In this document: one piece after another, positions 26,659 to 35,631 of the stretch | How positions within the stretch are numbered: the first letter of the stretch is position 1 | How the letters are laid out: each line of letters opens with the position of its first letter | Source: Actinomycetota bacterium | GTDB taxonomy: Bacteria > Actinomycetota > Acidimicrobiia > Spongiisociales > UBA11373 | DNA length: 57,708 bases | Reading direction: 5' to 3' | Assembly (NCBI GenBank): GCA_016870535.1 | Contig: VGBK01000004.1 | Coordinates: 1-57,708, forward strand | Program-made: the position numbers and the translations under genes | The notes under the pieces: generated by a model | Seen by the model: only the letters and a program-made list of their open reading frames with translations | Told to the model about the DNA's origin: nothing | The model's database searches: none

Positions 26659-27279
26659 CTAGTCGATCGGCTCCCCCACCCCGATGCGGGCGAAGCGGCG
26701 CACCTGGATGTTCTCGCCCATGGAACCGGCGAGGCCGTTGACCATCTCGCCGACGGTGCCCTGGAACTTCTCCGGGTTCACGAACGGCTGGTCGTAGAGC
26801 ACATGCTCCTCGTAGAAGACCCGCAAGCGCCCCTCCACGATCTTCTCGACGACCTTGTCCGGCTTGCCCTCGTGACGGGCCTGGGCGGCGATGACCTCGC
26901 GCTCATGAGCGAGCAGGCCTTCGGGCACCTCTTCGCGCCGCACCCAGCGGGGGCGCGCCGCGGCCACGTGCATGGCCAGGTCGCGGGCGGCCTGCTGGAA
27001 CTCCGGGCTCTTGGCCACGAAGTCGGTCTCCGCAGCCAGTTCGACCAGGACCCCTATGACCGGACGGTCGGCCTGGATGTGCAGGTAGTGGCCGATGGCC
27101 CCCTGGGTGGTCACGCGGGTGGACCGCTTGCGGGCGTCGGCCAGGCCGCGCTCGCGCAGCAGGTCCTTGGCCTTGTCCACATCGCCCCCGGCATCGGCCA
27201 GGGCCCGCTTGGCGTCCATCATCCCGGCGCCGGTGGCCTTGCGCAGCGCCACGACGTCGTCGGTGGAGATCTCAGGCAT
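26659..27279 (-). CDS. tsf: Elongation factor Ts (short ~200-aa form)
   Basis: N-terminal UBA-like [19 protein letters not shown]. Zero-nt gap to pyrH and an 8-nt overlap with rpsB. Confidence 0.93.
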   Translation of the reverse strand: MPEISTDDVVALRKATGAGMMDAKRALADAGGDVDKAKDLLRERGLADARKRSTRVTTQGAIGHYLHIQADRPVIGVLVELAAETDFVAKSPEFQQAARDLAMHVAAARPRWVRREEVPEGLLAHEREVIAAQARHEGKPDKVVEKIVEGRLRVFYEEHVLYDQPFVNPEKFQGTVGEMVNGLAGSMGENIQVRRFARIGVGEPID

Positions 27280-28030
27280 CGTGCTCTACCTCTCTGCCGG
27301 TCCCGGGCGCCACGGCGGCCGGGCCGGCGTCCTTCCCGCGGGCTTCGGTCAACTGGCGCCCCTCGGCCGCGGCGGCGGCGATGATCCCCGCCATCAACTG
27401 CCCCGAGCGGATCGCATCGTCGTTCCCGGGGATGACCAGGTCCACCGGGTCGGGGTCGCAGTTCGTGTCGACCACCGCGATGATGGGAATGCCCATCCGT
27501 TTGGCTTCCTTCACCGCGATGGCTTCGGTGCGCACGTCGATGACGAACACCAGGTCGGGAACCCGATGCAGGTCGCCCACCCCGCCCAGCACCGTCTCCA
27601 GCTTGCCGAGTTCGCGTTGCAGGTGGAGGCGCTCCTTCTTGGGCAGGCCCTCCATCTCTCGGGAAGCCTGCATGCGCTGCAGTTCGCGCATGTAGAGGAT
27701 GCGCTTGTGGATGGTGGCGAAGTTGGTGAGCATGCCGCCCAGCCAGCGGTGGTTCACGAAGGGCATGCCGGCCTCGGCCGCCGCCTCGGCAACGACCGCC
27801 TGCGCCTGCTTCTTGGTGCCGACGAACAGCACCGTGCCCCCGCCGGCAACGACGTCTCGCACCAGGGTGTAGGCGCGCTCGCACGCCTCCAGGGTCTGAC
27901 GCAGGTCGATGATGTGGATCCCGTTGCGCTCCGAGAAGATGTACGGGCGCATCTTGGGGTCCCAGCGCCGGGTCTGGTGCCCGAAGTGGACGCCAGCCTC
28001 CAGCAGCTCTCGCATGGTGACGTGGGCCAC
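27272..28030 (-). CDS. rpsB: 30S ribosomal protein S2
   Basis: [27 protein letters not shown] start with a GAGGAGG SD. Confidence 0.97.
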   Translation of the reverse strand: MAHVTMRELLEAGVHFGHQTRRWDPKMRPYIFSERNGIHIIDLRQTLEACERAYTLVRDVVAGGGTVLFVGTKKQAQAVVAEAAAEAGMPFVNHRWLGGMLTNFATIHKRILYMRELQRMQASREMEGLPKKERLHLQRELGKLETVLGGVGDLHRVPDLVFVIDVRTEAIAVKEAKRMGIPIIAVVDTNCDPDPVDLVIPGNDDAIRSGQLMAGIIAAAAAEGRQLTEARGKDAGPAAVAPGTGREVEHDA

Positions 28031-28194
28031 CGCTGCCTCCTCTAGTTTCGGTTGGGCCTCCGCCCGCCCGGGGCCTCCCCGGGAGCCTGCCGGCTTCCCG
28101 ACCGCGGGAGGTTGCGGCGAGCGTGTGGAATCGGCGGAAGTATAGGCGGAGCCGGGCGCAGGCCGGCAGGGGGCGCTCCCTCGGGGGCCGCGCC

Positions 28195-28989
28195 TCAGCC
28201 CATGTGCTGGCCCGGTTCCATGAGGCGGTTGCGCAGGCTGAGCACCGCCTTGGTGTGGATCTGGCAGATGCGCGACTCGGTAACCCCGAGCACCGCCCCG
28301 ATCTCCGCCAGCGTCAGGCCCTCGTAGTAGTAGAGGGTGACCACGAGGCGCTCCCGCTCGGCGAGGCGGTTGATGGCGTCGATGAGCACGAAGCGGCTCT
28401 CCTGCTGCTCGAACGAGCCGCCCGGGTCCACCGCCCGCGGGTCGGCCACCAGGTCGCCGATCGCCGCCGCGCCCCGCTCGGAGGGGTCGACCAGTTCGTC
28501 CAGGGCCACGAAGCCCAGGGTGGCGATCTCCCCCAACTGGTCCTGGAGGGCCCCCGTGGAGAGGCCCATGTGCTCGGCCAGCTCCTCATCGCTGACCGAC
28601 CGCCGCAGCTGATGCTCCAGCTCGGCCAGCGAGCGCTGGATCTCCCGGGCCCGAGCCCGCACCGACCGGGGCACCCAGTCCAGCGCCCGCAACTCGTCGA
28701 GGATGGCGCCCTTGATGCGGTTGACCGCGTAAGTCTCGAACTTGATGCCGCGTTCCGGCTCGAACTTGTCGATGGCGTCGATCAGCCCGAACATGCCGTA
28801 GGAGACGAGGTCGGCCTGCTCGACGTTGCGGGGGAGCCCGACCCCCACCCGTCCGGCGACGAACTTCACCAGCGGGGAGTAGTGGAGGATGAGGCCCTCC
28901 CGGGCCTTCTCGTCGCCCTCCTCCTTCAACCGCCTCCAGGCCGCCTCGAGGCGATCGGGCGGGTCAGGCGCGGGGATGGGAACGGTCAT
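28195..28989 (-). CDS. whiG: FliA/WhiG-family (sigma-28 type) RNA polymerase sigma factor
   Basis: Region 2 ([30 protein letters not shown]), region 3, and region 4 HTH ([25 protein letters not shown]). Trimmed to the ATG at 28989. Position between xerC and rpsB, as for whiG in Streptomyces (from memory). Confidence 0.85.
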   Translation of the reverse strand: MTVPIPAPDPPDRLEAAWRRLKEEGDEKAREGLILHYSPLVKFVAGRVGVGLPRNVEQADLVSYGMFGLIDAIDKFEPERGIKFETYAVNRIKGAILDELRALDWVPRSVRARAREIQRSLAELEHQLRRSVSDEELAEHMGLSTGALQDQLGEIATLGFVALDELVDPSERGAAAIGDLVADPRAVDPGGSFEQQESRFVLIDAINRLAERERLVVTLYYYEGLTLAEIGAVLGVTESRICQIHTKAVLSLRNRLMEPGQHMG

Positions 28990-29857
28990 AGGCAGACCTG
29001 AGGTGCCGGCGGGTGACGGCAGTGTAGACCTGGGTAGTAGCCAGCTCGCGATGGCCCAGCAGTTCCTGGACGACGCGCAGGTCGGCGCCACCCTCCAGCA
29101 GATGGGTGGCGAAGGAGTGTCGCAGGGCATGAGGGAAGGTGCCCAGGCGAGCTCGTACCACCCGGCGGATGCCGCGTTCTCCCAGCGGCCCGCCGCGCAC
29201 CCCCAGCCACAGGGCGGCCTCGTCCCCCGCACGCGCCAGTGCCGGCCGCCCCTCGTCCAGGTAGCGGTCCAACGCCCGGCGAGCCTGGCCGGCCAGCGGC
29301 ACCACTCTCTCCTTGCCCCCTTTGCCCCACACCCGGATCAGCTCTGCCCCGCGCACCGCGGCCGCCGTCAGAGACGCCGCTTCGCCCACCCGCAGCCCGG
29401 TGCCGTAGAGCAGCTCGAGCAGGGCGCGGTCGCGTTGCGCCACCGGGTCGACGCCTTCGAGAGAGTCCAGCAGCGCCCCCAGGGAACCCGCCGGGAAGGC
29501 GCGCGGCAGGTGCCGCGGCCGCTTGGGGCCGGCGACCCCTTGCGCCGGGTTGGCCCCCACCAGCCCCCGCCGAGCGGCATCGGCGAAGAAAGCCCGGATC
29601 GCCGACGCCTTGCGCGCCGCCGACCGGGGCGCGTAACCGCGGGCGGCCAGGTGGGCCAGGAAGCGCCGCACCACCACGCGGTCGGCCTCCCCCGGCGAGC
29701 GCAGGCCGCGGCGATCGCAGAAGTCGAAGAACTGGCACAGGTCCCGCCGGTAGGCCTGCAGAGTGTGGGAAGACAGGCCGCGCGTCGCGGCGAGACGCTC
29801 CAGGTAGCCCGCCACGAGAGCCGCCGACCATTCCGGGCAGGGTGGGATGCGCGTCAC
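28964..29857 (-). CDS. xerC: Tyrosine recombinase XerC/XerD family
   Basis: Motifs [39 protein letters not shown] and the catalytic Y in TQVYT. Trimmed from track ORF 28964..30229 to the GTG at 29857 (297 aa). Confidence 0.9.
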   Translation of the reverse strand: MTRIPPCPEWSAALVAGYLERLAATRGLSSHTLQAYRRDLCQFFDFCDRRGLRSPGEADRVVVRRFLAHLAARGYAPRSAARKASAIRAFFADAARRGLVGANPAQGVAGPKRPRHLPRAFPAGSLGALLDSLEGVDPVAQRDRALLELLYGTGLRVGEAASLTAAAVRGAELIRVWGKGGKERVVPLAGQARRALDRYLDEGRPALARAGDEAALWLGVRGGPLGERGIRRVVRARLGTFPHALRHSFATHLLEGGADLRVVQELLGHRELATTQVYTAVTRRHLRSAYDRSHPRA

Positions 29858-29888
29858 GCCCCCATCGTGGCCCGGCGAGCCGGACGAT

Positions 29889-30944
29889 TCAACGACCCGG
29901 CAGCACCAGGCCCCCGTCACGGCGCACCAGACCGGCCACCTCGAGGCGCGCCAACGCCGCCATCGCCTCGGCCACCCCCAGGCCGGCGGCGGTAGCGGCT
30001 TCCTCCAGGGCGGCTCCCCCCGGCGGCAGAGCGGCCAGCAGAGCCCGCCCCGGCCCCTCCACGGGCGGCGCCGGCCCCGACGGGGCCGGCGCCCTCCCCG
30101 GCCCGAGCAGCAGGGACAGGGAGGCCACCAGGTCGGCCGGGTCGAGCACCGGCGTCGCCCCGTCACGGATGAGCAGGTTGCAGCCCCGGGAGGTGGCGCG
30201 ACCCACGTCGCCCGGCACGGCGAACACATGGCGCCCTTGCTCTAACGCGGCCGCGGCGGTGATGAGCGCTCCGCCGGTCTCTCCTGCCTCGACGACCACC
30301 ACCGCGCCGGCGAGGCCGGCGATGATGCGGTTGCGCGGGGGGAAGCGCCACGGCTCGGGGCGGGCTCCCGGCGGGTACTCGGTCACCATCCCGCCCCCGC
30401 CCGCCAGCAGGCTCTCGAGAAGAGGACGATGCTCCGCCGGGTACACGATGTCGGGACCGCAGCCCAGCACCGCCACTCCCGCTCCCCCCGCGTCTACCAC
30501 CCCGCGATGGGCTTCGGCGTCGGCGCCGCGCGCCAACCCGCTGATCACCGGCCAGCCGACGGCGGCGCACGCCTGCCCGTACACCCGGGCCAGGCCGGTC
30601 CCATAACGAGTGCAGCGCCGGGTTCCCACGATGGCCACCCCGGGCTGCGCGGGAAGCGCTCCTTTCGAGAAGAGCACGTCGGGAGCCCCCGGAAGATCGG
30701 CGAGGTGCGCCGGGTACCCCGCCCCGCCGCGAAAGAGGGGGGTGACGCCCAGGCGGGCCAGCCGCTCGCGACAGGCGGCGAAAGGCAGGGCGGCGGCGGC
30801 GCGCACCGCCTCGGGAGCGGCTACCCGCCCCGAGGCCAACGCGCCGACCGCGCCCGCGGGTGACCCGAAGGCGCGCTTCAGCCGGTCGGCGCGGTCGGGA
30901 TGCAGCCCGCAGAAGGCCAGGCGCAAGCGAGCCTCATCGCTCAT
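29889..30944 (-). CDS. dprA: DNA-processing protein DprA
   Basis: Rossmann-like DprA core ([34 protein letters not shown]). Trimmed to the ATG at 30944, which forms an ATGA overlap with the upstream gene. Confidence 0.92.
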   Translation of the reverse strand: MSDEARLRLAFCGLHPDRADRLKRAFGSPAGAVGALASGRVAAPEAVRAAAALPFAACRERLARLGVTPLFRGGAGYPAHLADLPGAPDVLFSKGALPAQPGVAIVGTRRCTRYGTGLARVYGQACAAVGWPVISGLARGADAEAHRGVVDAGGAGVAVLGCGPDIVYPAEHRPLLESLLAGGGGMVTEYPPGARPEPWRFPPRNRIIAGLAGAVVVVEAGETGGALITAAAALEQGRHVFAVPGDVGRATSRGCNLLIRDGATPVLDPADLVASLSLLLGPGRAPAPSGPAPPVEGPGRALLAALPPGGAALEEAATAAGLGVAEAMAALARLEVAGLVRRDGGLVLPGR

Positions 30945-32413
30945 CCCGCCGCCCTCAGGCTGAGCGCCTCGGCCACCTGCTCTTCGGCCACTGCCCCGAC
31001 ACCGGCCAGGTCGGCCAGGGTGCGGGCCACCCGGCGGACCCGGTCCCAGCCTCGAGCAGTCAGGGCCAGGCGATCGGCGGCGGCGCGCAACAGCCGCGTC
31101 GCCTCGGGACGCCACTGCAGGGCGTCGAGGTCGCGCCGCGACAGGCTCCGGTTGAGGGCGCCGCGCTCCGCCTGGAGCCGGCGAGCGACCGCCACCCGGC
31201 TGCGCACCGCGGCACTGGGCTCTCCCTCGGGGCCGCAGAGGTCGGCCGGGTCGAGCCGAGGCACCGCCACCTGCAGGTCGAAACGGTCGAGCAGCGGGCC
31301 CGAGAAGCGTCTGCGGTAGCGGGCCACCCCGGCGGGCGGGCAGGTGCACGCCACCAGGCGATCGCCGGCGTAGCCGCAGGGACAGGGGTTGGCGGCCGCC
31401 GCCACCTGCACGTCGCAGGGGAAGCGCACCGCAATCCCCTTGCGAGCGATGTGGACCCAGCCCTCCTCGATCGGCTGGCGCAGCGCATCCAGCAGGTAGG
31501 GAGGGAACTCGCCCAGCTCATCCAGGAACAGGACCCCGCGATGGGCGAGAGTGAGTTCGCCGGGCACGGGCACTCCGCTGCCTCCGCCGACGATGGCCGC
31601 CGGAGTAGCGGTGTGGTGCGGGCTCCGAAACGGCGGCTCGCTTGGGATGGGGCGGGGCCGGCCGGCCGCGGCCCAGGCACAGGCCACTTCGAGGGACTCG
31701 GCGGAGGTCAGCGCGGGGAGCATCCCCGGCAGGCAGCGGGCCAGCATCGTCTTGCCTGCCCCCGGGGGGCCCATCATGAGCAGGTGGTGCCCGCCGGCCG
31801 CCGCCACCTCGAGGGCCCGCCGGGCCAGAGCCTGACCGCGCACCCACGCCAGGTCGACACTCGCCCCCGACGCCGTCTCCGGCGGGGGACTGGGAGGCGA
31901 TGGGGCCGTCTCGCCGAGCGCCGCCGCCACCGCCTCGGCGAGGGTGCGCACTACGCGCACCTCGGCCCGACTCACCACCGCCGCCTCCTCGGCCGAGCCG
32001 GGAGGCAGCAGGCAGGGGAAGCCCGCGGCGGCGGCCACGATGCCGGCGCCCAGGCCACCACGCGCCGGGCGCACCGCTCCGTCGAGCGCCAGTTCTCCCA
32101 GCGCCACCACTCCGGTCACCGCCGCGGGGACCATCCCGGAGGCGGCCAGTACGGCGAGGGCGATGGGCAGGTCGTAGGCCGAACCGGCCTTGGGGATCTC
32201 GGCCGGGGCCAGGTTCACCGTCAGGCGCCGATAGGGGAAGCGGTAGCCCGACGACAGCAGGGCGGCTCGCACCCGCTCTTTTGCCTCCCGCACGGCGGTA
32301 TCGGGAAGGCCCACCAACTGGAAGGCCTCCTTGCCCCCGCCGACGTGCACCTCGACCCGCACCGGGCACGGGTCGATGCCCACCAGAGCGACGGAGGTGA
32401 CGGCGGCGAACAC
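30941..32413 (-). CDS. yifB: YifB/ComM family Mg-chelatase-like AAA+ ATPase
   Basis: Lon-like N-terminal domain (LVGLPDTAVREAKERV, YDLPIALAVL), Walker A GPPGAGKT and FLDELGEF. The start is uncertain: GTG at 32413 is favoured, and the track start is 32530. Confidence 0.9.
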   Translation of the reverse strand: MFAAVTSVALVGIDPCPVRVEVHVGGGKEAFQLVGLPDTAVREAKERVRAALLSSGYRFPYRRLTVNLAPAEIPKAGSAYDLPIALAVLAASGMVPAAVTGVVALGELALDGAVRPARGGLGAGIVAAAAGFPCLLPPGSAEEAAVVSRAEVRVVRTLAEAVAAALGETAPSPPSPPPETASGASVDLAWVRGQALARRALEVAAAGGHHLLMMGPPGAGKTMLARCLPGMLPALTSAESLEVACAWAAAGRPRPIPSEPPFRSPHHTATPAAIVGGGSGVPVPGELTLAHRGVLFLDELGEFPPYLLDALRQPIEEGWVHIARKGIAVRFPCDVQVAAAANPCPCGYAGDRLVACTCPPAGVARYRRRFSGPLLDRFDLQVAVPRLDPADLCGPEGEPSAAVRSRVAVARRLQAERGALNRSLSRRDLDALQWRPEATRLLRAAADRLALTARGWDRVRRVARTLADLAGVGAVAEEQVAEALSLRAAG

Positions 32414-32617
32414 ACCCCCAAGGTAAGGGTCGGGGGTGACACCGGGAAGAGGGGCGCGGCCGCGGTGCCCCCGCCGGCACGGTCGCCTCCTCAGGGGCCG
32501 CGCGGATTGGGCGAGCGGAGCGAGACCCATCCGCCGGACCCCCGCCCGAAGGCGCAGCTTCTTCGGGCGGAACAGACCAGACAGCGGGCGAAGCCCACCG
32601 CCTATCCGCTAGGCCCC

Positions 32618-33787
32618 TTAGGAGAGGGCGTTGGCCCGGGCCACCGCCCCGAGCCAACCGGCGCTGGGCCGCGGCCGGCGCTGCAGGCTCTGCCGATCGA
32701 CCTCGATGAGGCCGAAAGTGGGACCGTAGCCCAGGGCCCACTCGAAGTTGTCCAGGGCGCTCCAGTAGCAGTACCCCCGCACGGGAACACCGTCGGCGAG
32801 GCAGCGCCCGACTCCCTCCAGGGCGCGCCGCACGTACTCCACCCGCCGGGTGTCGTCGGCCACCGCCACCCCGTTCTCGGTCACCAGCACCGGGAGCCCC
32901 GTCTCACGGTGGGCCCGGCGGACGGCGGCCTCCAGCGCCTCGGGATAGAACTCCCAACCCATCAGCGTCTGCTCGGCCCCACGGGGCGGGCCCAGCGGGC
33001 CGGCTCGCCCCACGCGGATCCGGCTGTAGGCCTGCACCCCGACGAAATCCCCCGCGGCCGCCGCCTCCAGCAGCGGGCCCTCGTCGGAGTCCCGCAGCGC
33101 CTCGAGGGTGGCCTCGCCTCCCGGCTCCGCCGCCTGGTAGTCGGACATCGCCAGGGTCAGGCCCACCGCCGCCTCGGGGATGGCCCGGCGCACCACCTCG
33201 ACAGCGCGCCGATGCGCCGCCGCCAGCACCCCCTGCGCCCGGCGATGCCGCTCGGGATCACGCTCCCCCGGGGGGAACAGGCCGGTCAGGTAGCCCATGG
33301 TGGCCAGGATGTTGGGCTCGTTGATGGTGCACACCCACCGCACCTCGTCCGCCAGCGCGTCGGCCGCGGCGGCGGCGAAGCGGGCGAAGCGCCCGGCCGT
33401 AGCCGGGTCGGCCCACCCTCCCCGGTCTGCCACCCACCGCGGGGTGGTGAAGTGGTGCAGGGTCACCACCGGTTCCAGCCCGCCTTCCCGGCAAGCCTCG
33501 ACCATCCGCCGGTAGTGGCCCAGCGCCGCCTGAGAGAACTCCCCCTCCTCGGGCTCGATGCGGCTCCACTCCAGCGAGAACCGGTAGGCGTTGAACCCGA
33601 GGGAAGCCAGCAGGCCGAGATCCTCGAGATAGCGGTGGTAGTGGTCGCAGGCATCGCCGCTGGGCTCGACGCAGGGCGAGGCGGGATCGTGCTCCCAGGC
33701 CCACCAGTCGTTGTTCCAGTTGCCCCCTTCGACCTGGTGAGCCGCGGTGGCCGTGCCCCACAGGAACCCGCCGGGGAAGAGGACCAC
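32618..33787 (-). CDS. Glycoside hydrolase family 1 (beta-glucosidase-like)
   Basis: FLWGTATAAHQVEGG, acid/base TINEPN and nucleophile VTENG. Trimmed to the GTG at 33787 (MVLFPGGFLWG), 3 nt below the crotonase stop. The product is rather short for GH1 (389 aa). Confidence 0.88.
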   Translation of the reverse strand: MVLFPGGFLWGTATAAHQVEGGNWNNDWWAWEHDPASPCVEPSGDACDHYHRYLEDLGLLASLGFNAYRFSLEWSRIEPEEGEFSQAALGHYRRMVEACREGGLEPVVTLHHFTTPRWVADRGGWADPATAGRFARFAAAAADALADEVRWVCTINEPNILATMGYLTGLFPPGERDPERHRRAQGVLAAAHRRAVEVVRRAIPEAAVGLTLAMSDYQAAEPGGEATLEALRDSDEGPLLEAAAAGDFVGVQAYSRIRVGRAGPLGPPRGAEQTLMGWEFYPEALEAAVRRAHRETGLPVLVTENGVAVADDTRRVEYVRRALEGVGRCLADGVPVRGYCYWSALDNFEWALGYGPTFGLIEVDRQSLQRRPRPSAGWLGAVARANALS

Positions 33788-33792
33788 CGCCT

Positions 33793-34563
33793 CTACTTCC
33801 CCGAGAAACGCGGCGGGCGCTTCTCGAGGAAGGCCTGCACCCCCTCGATCACATCCTCCGAGGAAAGGCATTGCGCCTGGGCCTGGGCCTCGTACTCGAG
33901 GGCTTCGTCGAAGGACATCTCGAAGGAGTGGTCCAGGCCCAGCTTCACGGTCCGCTGCGCCTGCGGAGCGCCTGCGGCCAGTTCGGCGGCCACCTCGGCG
34001 GCGCGGCGCCTGAGATCCTCCGGATCCACCACCTCGGCGGCCAGGCCGTAGCGCAGGGCGTCGTCGGCGTTCACGATGCGCCCGGTCAGCGCCAGTTCCT
34101 TGGCCCGGGCCAGGCCGATGCGCCGGGGCAGCAGCCAGATGCCCCCGAAGTCCAACACCAGGCCGCGACGCACGAAGATCTCCGAGAACCGGGCCCGGCG
34201 GCTGGCGATGACGATGTCGCAACCCAGGGCCAGGTTCATCCCGGCGCCCACCGCCACCCCGTCCACCGCGGCCACCGACGGCTTGCCCAGTTCGTAGAGG
34301 GCGCGGGCGGCGCGGTTGAGGGGGCGCATCGCCTCATAGAGCAGGGTGGGCCCTCCCTGGAGAGCGAAGCCCGCCACCAGGTCGGCGCCGGAGCAGAAGT
34401 CGTCGCCGGCGCCGGTGATCACCAGGGCGCGCTGTTCCGAAGCGCCGAAATCCTGGAAGAGGTCGGCCAGGGCACCCCATTGGTCGGGGGGTATGGCGTT
34501 GCGGCGAGCCGGGTTGTCGATGGTCAGCCAGCGGACGGGGCCGTCGTCGGTGATGGAGAACAT
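33793..34563 (-). CDS. Enoyl-CoA hydratase/isomerase (crotonase superfamily)
   Basis: 256 aa with NPARRNA, ITGAGDDFCSGADL and VAAVDGVAVGAGMNLAL. Confidence 0.92.
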   Translation of the reverse strand: MFSITDDGPVRWLTIDNPARRNAIPPDQWGALADLFQDFGASEQRALVITGAGDDFCSGADLVAGFALQGGPTLLYEAMRPLNRAARALYELGKPSVAAVDGVAVGAGMNLALGCDIVIASRRARFSEIFVRRGLVLDFGGIWLLPRRIGLARAKELALTGRIVNADDALRYGLAAEVVDPEDLRRRAAEVAAELAAGAPQAQRTVKLGLDHSFEMSFDEALEYEAQAQAQCLSSEDVIEGVQAFLEKRPPRFSGK

Positions 34564-34590
34564 GCCGACAATCTACCCGCCGCACCTACC

Positions 34591-34866
34591 ATGCCGCTCG
34601 TGCTCCCCCCCGCGGTTCCCGACCCGCAACTGGGCCACCTGCCGCCGCGCCCTGCCGCGGCGGACCTCCCCGCCATGGAATCGGTCGGCCTGGTGCAGCC
34701 CTACCAGGCACGCAAGCGTTACCTCTGCCCCGGCTGCCAGGGCTACATCGAGATGGGCGAGGGCCACCTGGTGGTGGTACCGGAGCACTCCCCCGACCTC
34801 CGCCGGCACTGGCATCGGGCCTGCTGGCATCGAGAGCGGCGGCGCCGGCACGGTCGCCGGCACTAG
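34591..34866 (+). CDS. Small basic CxxC...HxxC (zinc-ribbon-like) protein, function unknown
   Basis: 91 aa. The core is RKRYLCPGCQGYIEMGEGHLVVVPEHSPDLRRHWHRACWHRERRRRHGRRH. Third codon positions are GC-rich as in the real genes. An alternative ATG is at 34675. The opposite-strand ORF looks like an off-frame artefact. Confidence 0.55.
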   Translation: MPLVLPPAVPDPQLGHLPPRPAAADLPAMESVGLVQPYQARKRYLCPGCQGYIEMGEGHLVVVPEHSPDLRRHWHRACWHRERRRRHGRRH

Positions 34867-34870
34867 CCGC

Positions 34871-35296
34871 TCAGCCGATGCCGGGCAGCCAGCGGACCTG
34901 AGCGCCTCCCCGGCTCAGGCGGACGGTGACCAGGTCGTAGCGCACCGGGGGCACCGGCAGCGCCCGCCCGGCGCGCCGGAAGCGGGCCGCCTTGCCGGCG
35001 GTGAACTCCTCCCCCGGATCGCCCCCCACCCTGGTCTTCACCTCAACGGCCACCAGGAGCGACCCCCAGGCCACCAGCAGGTCGATCTCGTCGGTGCCCA
35101 CCGCGACGTTGCGGCCCAGCACCCGGGCCCCCCGCTTCTCCAGGAAGGCGGCGGCCAGGCTCTCGCCGAAGCTGCCTACCCGCTCTCGTCGTCGAGCGGC
35201 CGCAGTTCGGGGTGCTCCACTTCCTCGAGGTTCACGTCGCGGAAGGTGAGTACCCGCACCTTCTTGAGAAACCGCGTGGGGCGGTACATGTCCCAT
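34871..35296 (-). CDS. yraN: YraN family (UPF0102) endonuclease-like protein
   Basis: GESLAAAFLEKRGARVLGRNV..DEIDLLV..LVAVEVKTR. The only ATG/GTG/TTG upstream of the conserved core is the ATG at 35296, giving a 121-nt overlap with DUF2469. Confidence 0.8.
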   Translation of the reverse strand: MGHVPPHAVSQEGAGTHLPRREPRGSGAPRTAAARRRERVGSFGESLAAAFLEKRGARVLGRNVAVGTDEIDLLVAWGSLLVAVEVKTRVGGDPGEEFTAGKAARFRRAGRALPVPPVRYDLVTVRLSRGGAQVRWLPGIG

Positions 35297-35493
35297 ACCC
35301 AGGCGTCTTCCATCTCGATGTCGAAGAACACGCTCCCGGCCGTGTCGCGAGTGTGCAGGTCGACCCGGTTCGCCAGGTAGAAGCGGCGCTCGGTCTCCAC
35401 CACGTAGCGGAACATGGGGAGCACGTCGCGGTACTCCTGGTAGATCTGCAGCTCTACGTCGGTTTCGTAGCGCTCGAGATCCTCTTCGCTCAT
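35176..35493 (-). CDS. DUF2469 family protein
   Basis: 105 aa, MSEEDLERYETDVELQIYQEYRDVLPMFRYVVETERRFYLAN. Conserved actinobacterial partner of lepB/yraN. Confidence 0.88.
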   Translation of the reverse strand: MSEEDLERYETDVELQIYQEYRDVLPMFRYVVETERRFYLANRVDLHTRDTAGSVFFDIEMEDAWVWDMYRPTRFLKKVRVLTFRDVNLEEVEHPELRPLDDESG

Positions 35494-35631
35494 CGCGGTC
35501 TCCTCATCACCCGGCCCGGCCGGGGTGGCTCGTGGCGGGGACGGCGCCGATGATACCCGCCCCCCGCGTCGGCTCTCCGTGGCCCTGCAGGGCTCGTTGT
35601 AGCAGCTGCCTGTGACTCGCCGCCGCCGGCC

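Noticed and set aside
28964-29857. Tyrosine recombinase considered as the integrase of a mobile element
   Set aside because: It has XerC/XerD-type length and motifs and sits in the conserved dprA-xerC-whiG-rpsB position. I saw no flanking tRNA, direct repeats or phage/plasmid genes.
35494-35631. 138-nt lepB/DUF2469 spacer containing the palindrome GCCCTGCAGGGC and a TATCAT hexamer, considered as a regulatory RNA or the missing rnhB remnant
   Set aside because: It is too short for rnhB. The palindrome gives only a 4-bp stem and a 4-nt loop. Nothing beyond a plausible promoter/SD for DUF2469 could be supported.
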